Of a DNA stretch of 64,000 nt, positions 63,285 to 64,000 are shown piece after piece (the first letter of the stretch is position 1; every line of letters starts with the position of its first letter). The notes beneath the pieces are model-generated. The model was given only the letters and a program-made list of their open reading frames with translations. It was not told where the DNA came from and did not search any database. The DNA is from an uncultured Planctomycetota bacterium (GTDB taxonomy: Bacteria; Planctomycetota; Planctomycetia; Gemmatales; Gemmataceae): assembly GCA_963849325.1 (NCBI GenBank), contig CAWKHF010000006.1:64001-128000 (forward strand). The letters are read 5' to 3'. The position numbers were made by a program, and so were the translations under genes.

Positions 63285-64000
63285 CTATACCACCGGCGCT
63301 CCCGGCAAGGCTCGCAAGAAGCGTTCGATGTCGCCGGGGTTGTTGGCCTTCGGCTGGTGCGCTGGAAGAACTGCCGGGCTTCCTCTCGCCGGCCATCAAA
63401 CCACAATTGGTAGGCATACAGGAAGAGCAAAATGGCATCGTCGGGACGTTGGCGGAGCACGTCGTCGAGCCGCCGCAGGTGCTCGGCGTAGGTGGCGACG
63501 TTGGCGCCGTACAGTTCGATGGGCCGAAAGAGGACGGTCGGCCAGGCCGGTTGCAGGGCCAGTCCGACGTGGATGGCGTCCACGGCCTCGGCGTACTTGC
63601 CCAGCGCGAACAGTGTCTGAGCGAGCAGGAAGTGGGCGAACGGCTCGCGCGGCGCCACGGCGATGGCCTGGCGGAAGCGCTGGGCGGCCCGGCCATACTC
63701 GCCGGCGGCGAAGGCGGCGCGGCCCGCCTCGATCAGTCGAGCCGACTCGGCCGCCGGCTCCGCTTCCGGTTGCGGCGGACGCGGCCGCTCGGGCGGCTGA
63801 CCGGGCCGCCGCGGCGGCGCCGCTTGGGGAGGCGGCGGGGCCGGCGGCTCCGGCACCTTGGGCTGCTCCGGCGGAGGCGGCATCGCCTCGCGGGCGCGGG
63901 CACGGTTGTCCGGATCGAGGGGACGGAAGCCGCCGACGGGATCACCTTTGGGCAACGGCGGCTCGGACGGCGGAGGCGGCTGCACGCGCTCGGCGGGCGG
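63285..64000 (-). CDS. Pro-rich TPR protein, 5' part outside the window (frameshift ~63345)
   Basis: '[20 protein letters not shown]', '[18 protein letters not shown]'. Confidence 0.75.

Noticed and set aside
61316-63985. TPR-ABC-F fusion (889 aa)
   Set aside because: The TPR gene has its own stop at 63285 after a likely frameshift, and ABC-F has a plausible start at 63217.

Overview
High-GC bacterial DNA, most likely Planctomycetota (Gemmataceae-like). This rests on the DUF4058, TIGR03000 and planctomycete cytochrome-c domains, an ECF sigma/Ser-Thr kinase pair, four Hanks kinases and many palindromic repeats. Single-base frameshifts occur in many genes, including recA, XPB and fumarase, and are best read as long-read assembly errors; I joined the frames by eye. 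Housekeeping genes include purN, a cysteine desulfurase, a class I fumarase, recA and an ABC-F ATPase. Main observations: (1) An XPB helicase operon also encodes a large protein built from XPB-NTD-like modules and a small stand-alone protein resembling TFIIH p8/Tfb5, with a second such large protein at 1.5-3 kb. Together these form a candidate bacterial XPB-p52-p8-like module. (2) tRNA-Arg(CCU) is split by a 369-nt group I intron with an enlarged P5 region, invisible in the ORF track. (3) A 12-kb co-oriented cluster encodes two metallopeptidases, a possible inhibitor, an S1/P1 nuclease, an MBL hydrolase, a membrane patatin and a 1304-aa membrane protein, a candidate conflict/defence system. 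(4) Several families of palindromic repeats are present, some inserted in-frame into proteins. (5) An ATPase gene is flanked by a duplicated fumarase 3' end. All domain calls are by-eye motif recognition; no database searches were run.
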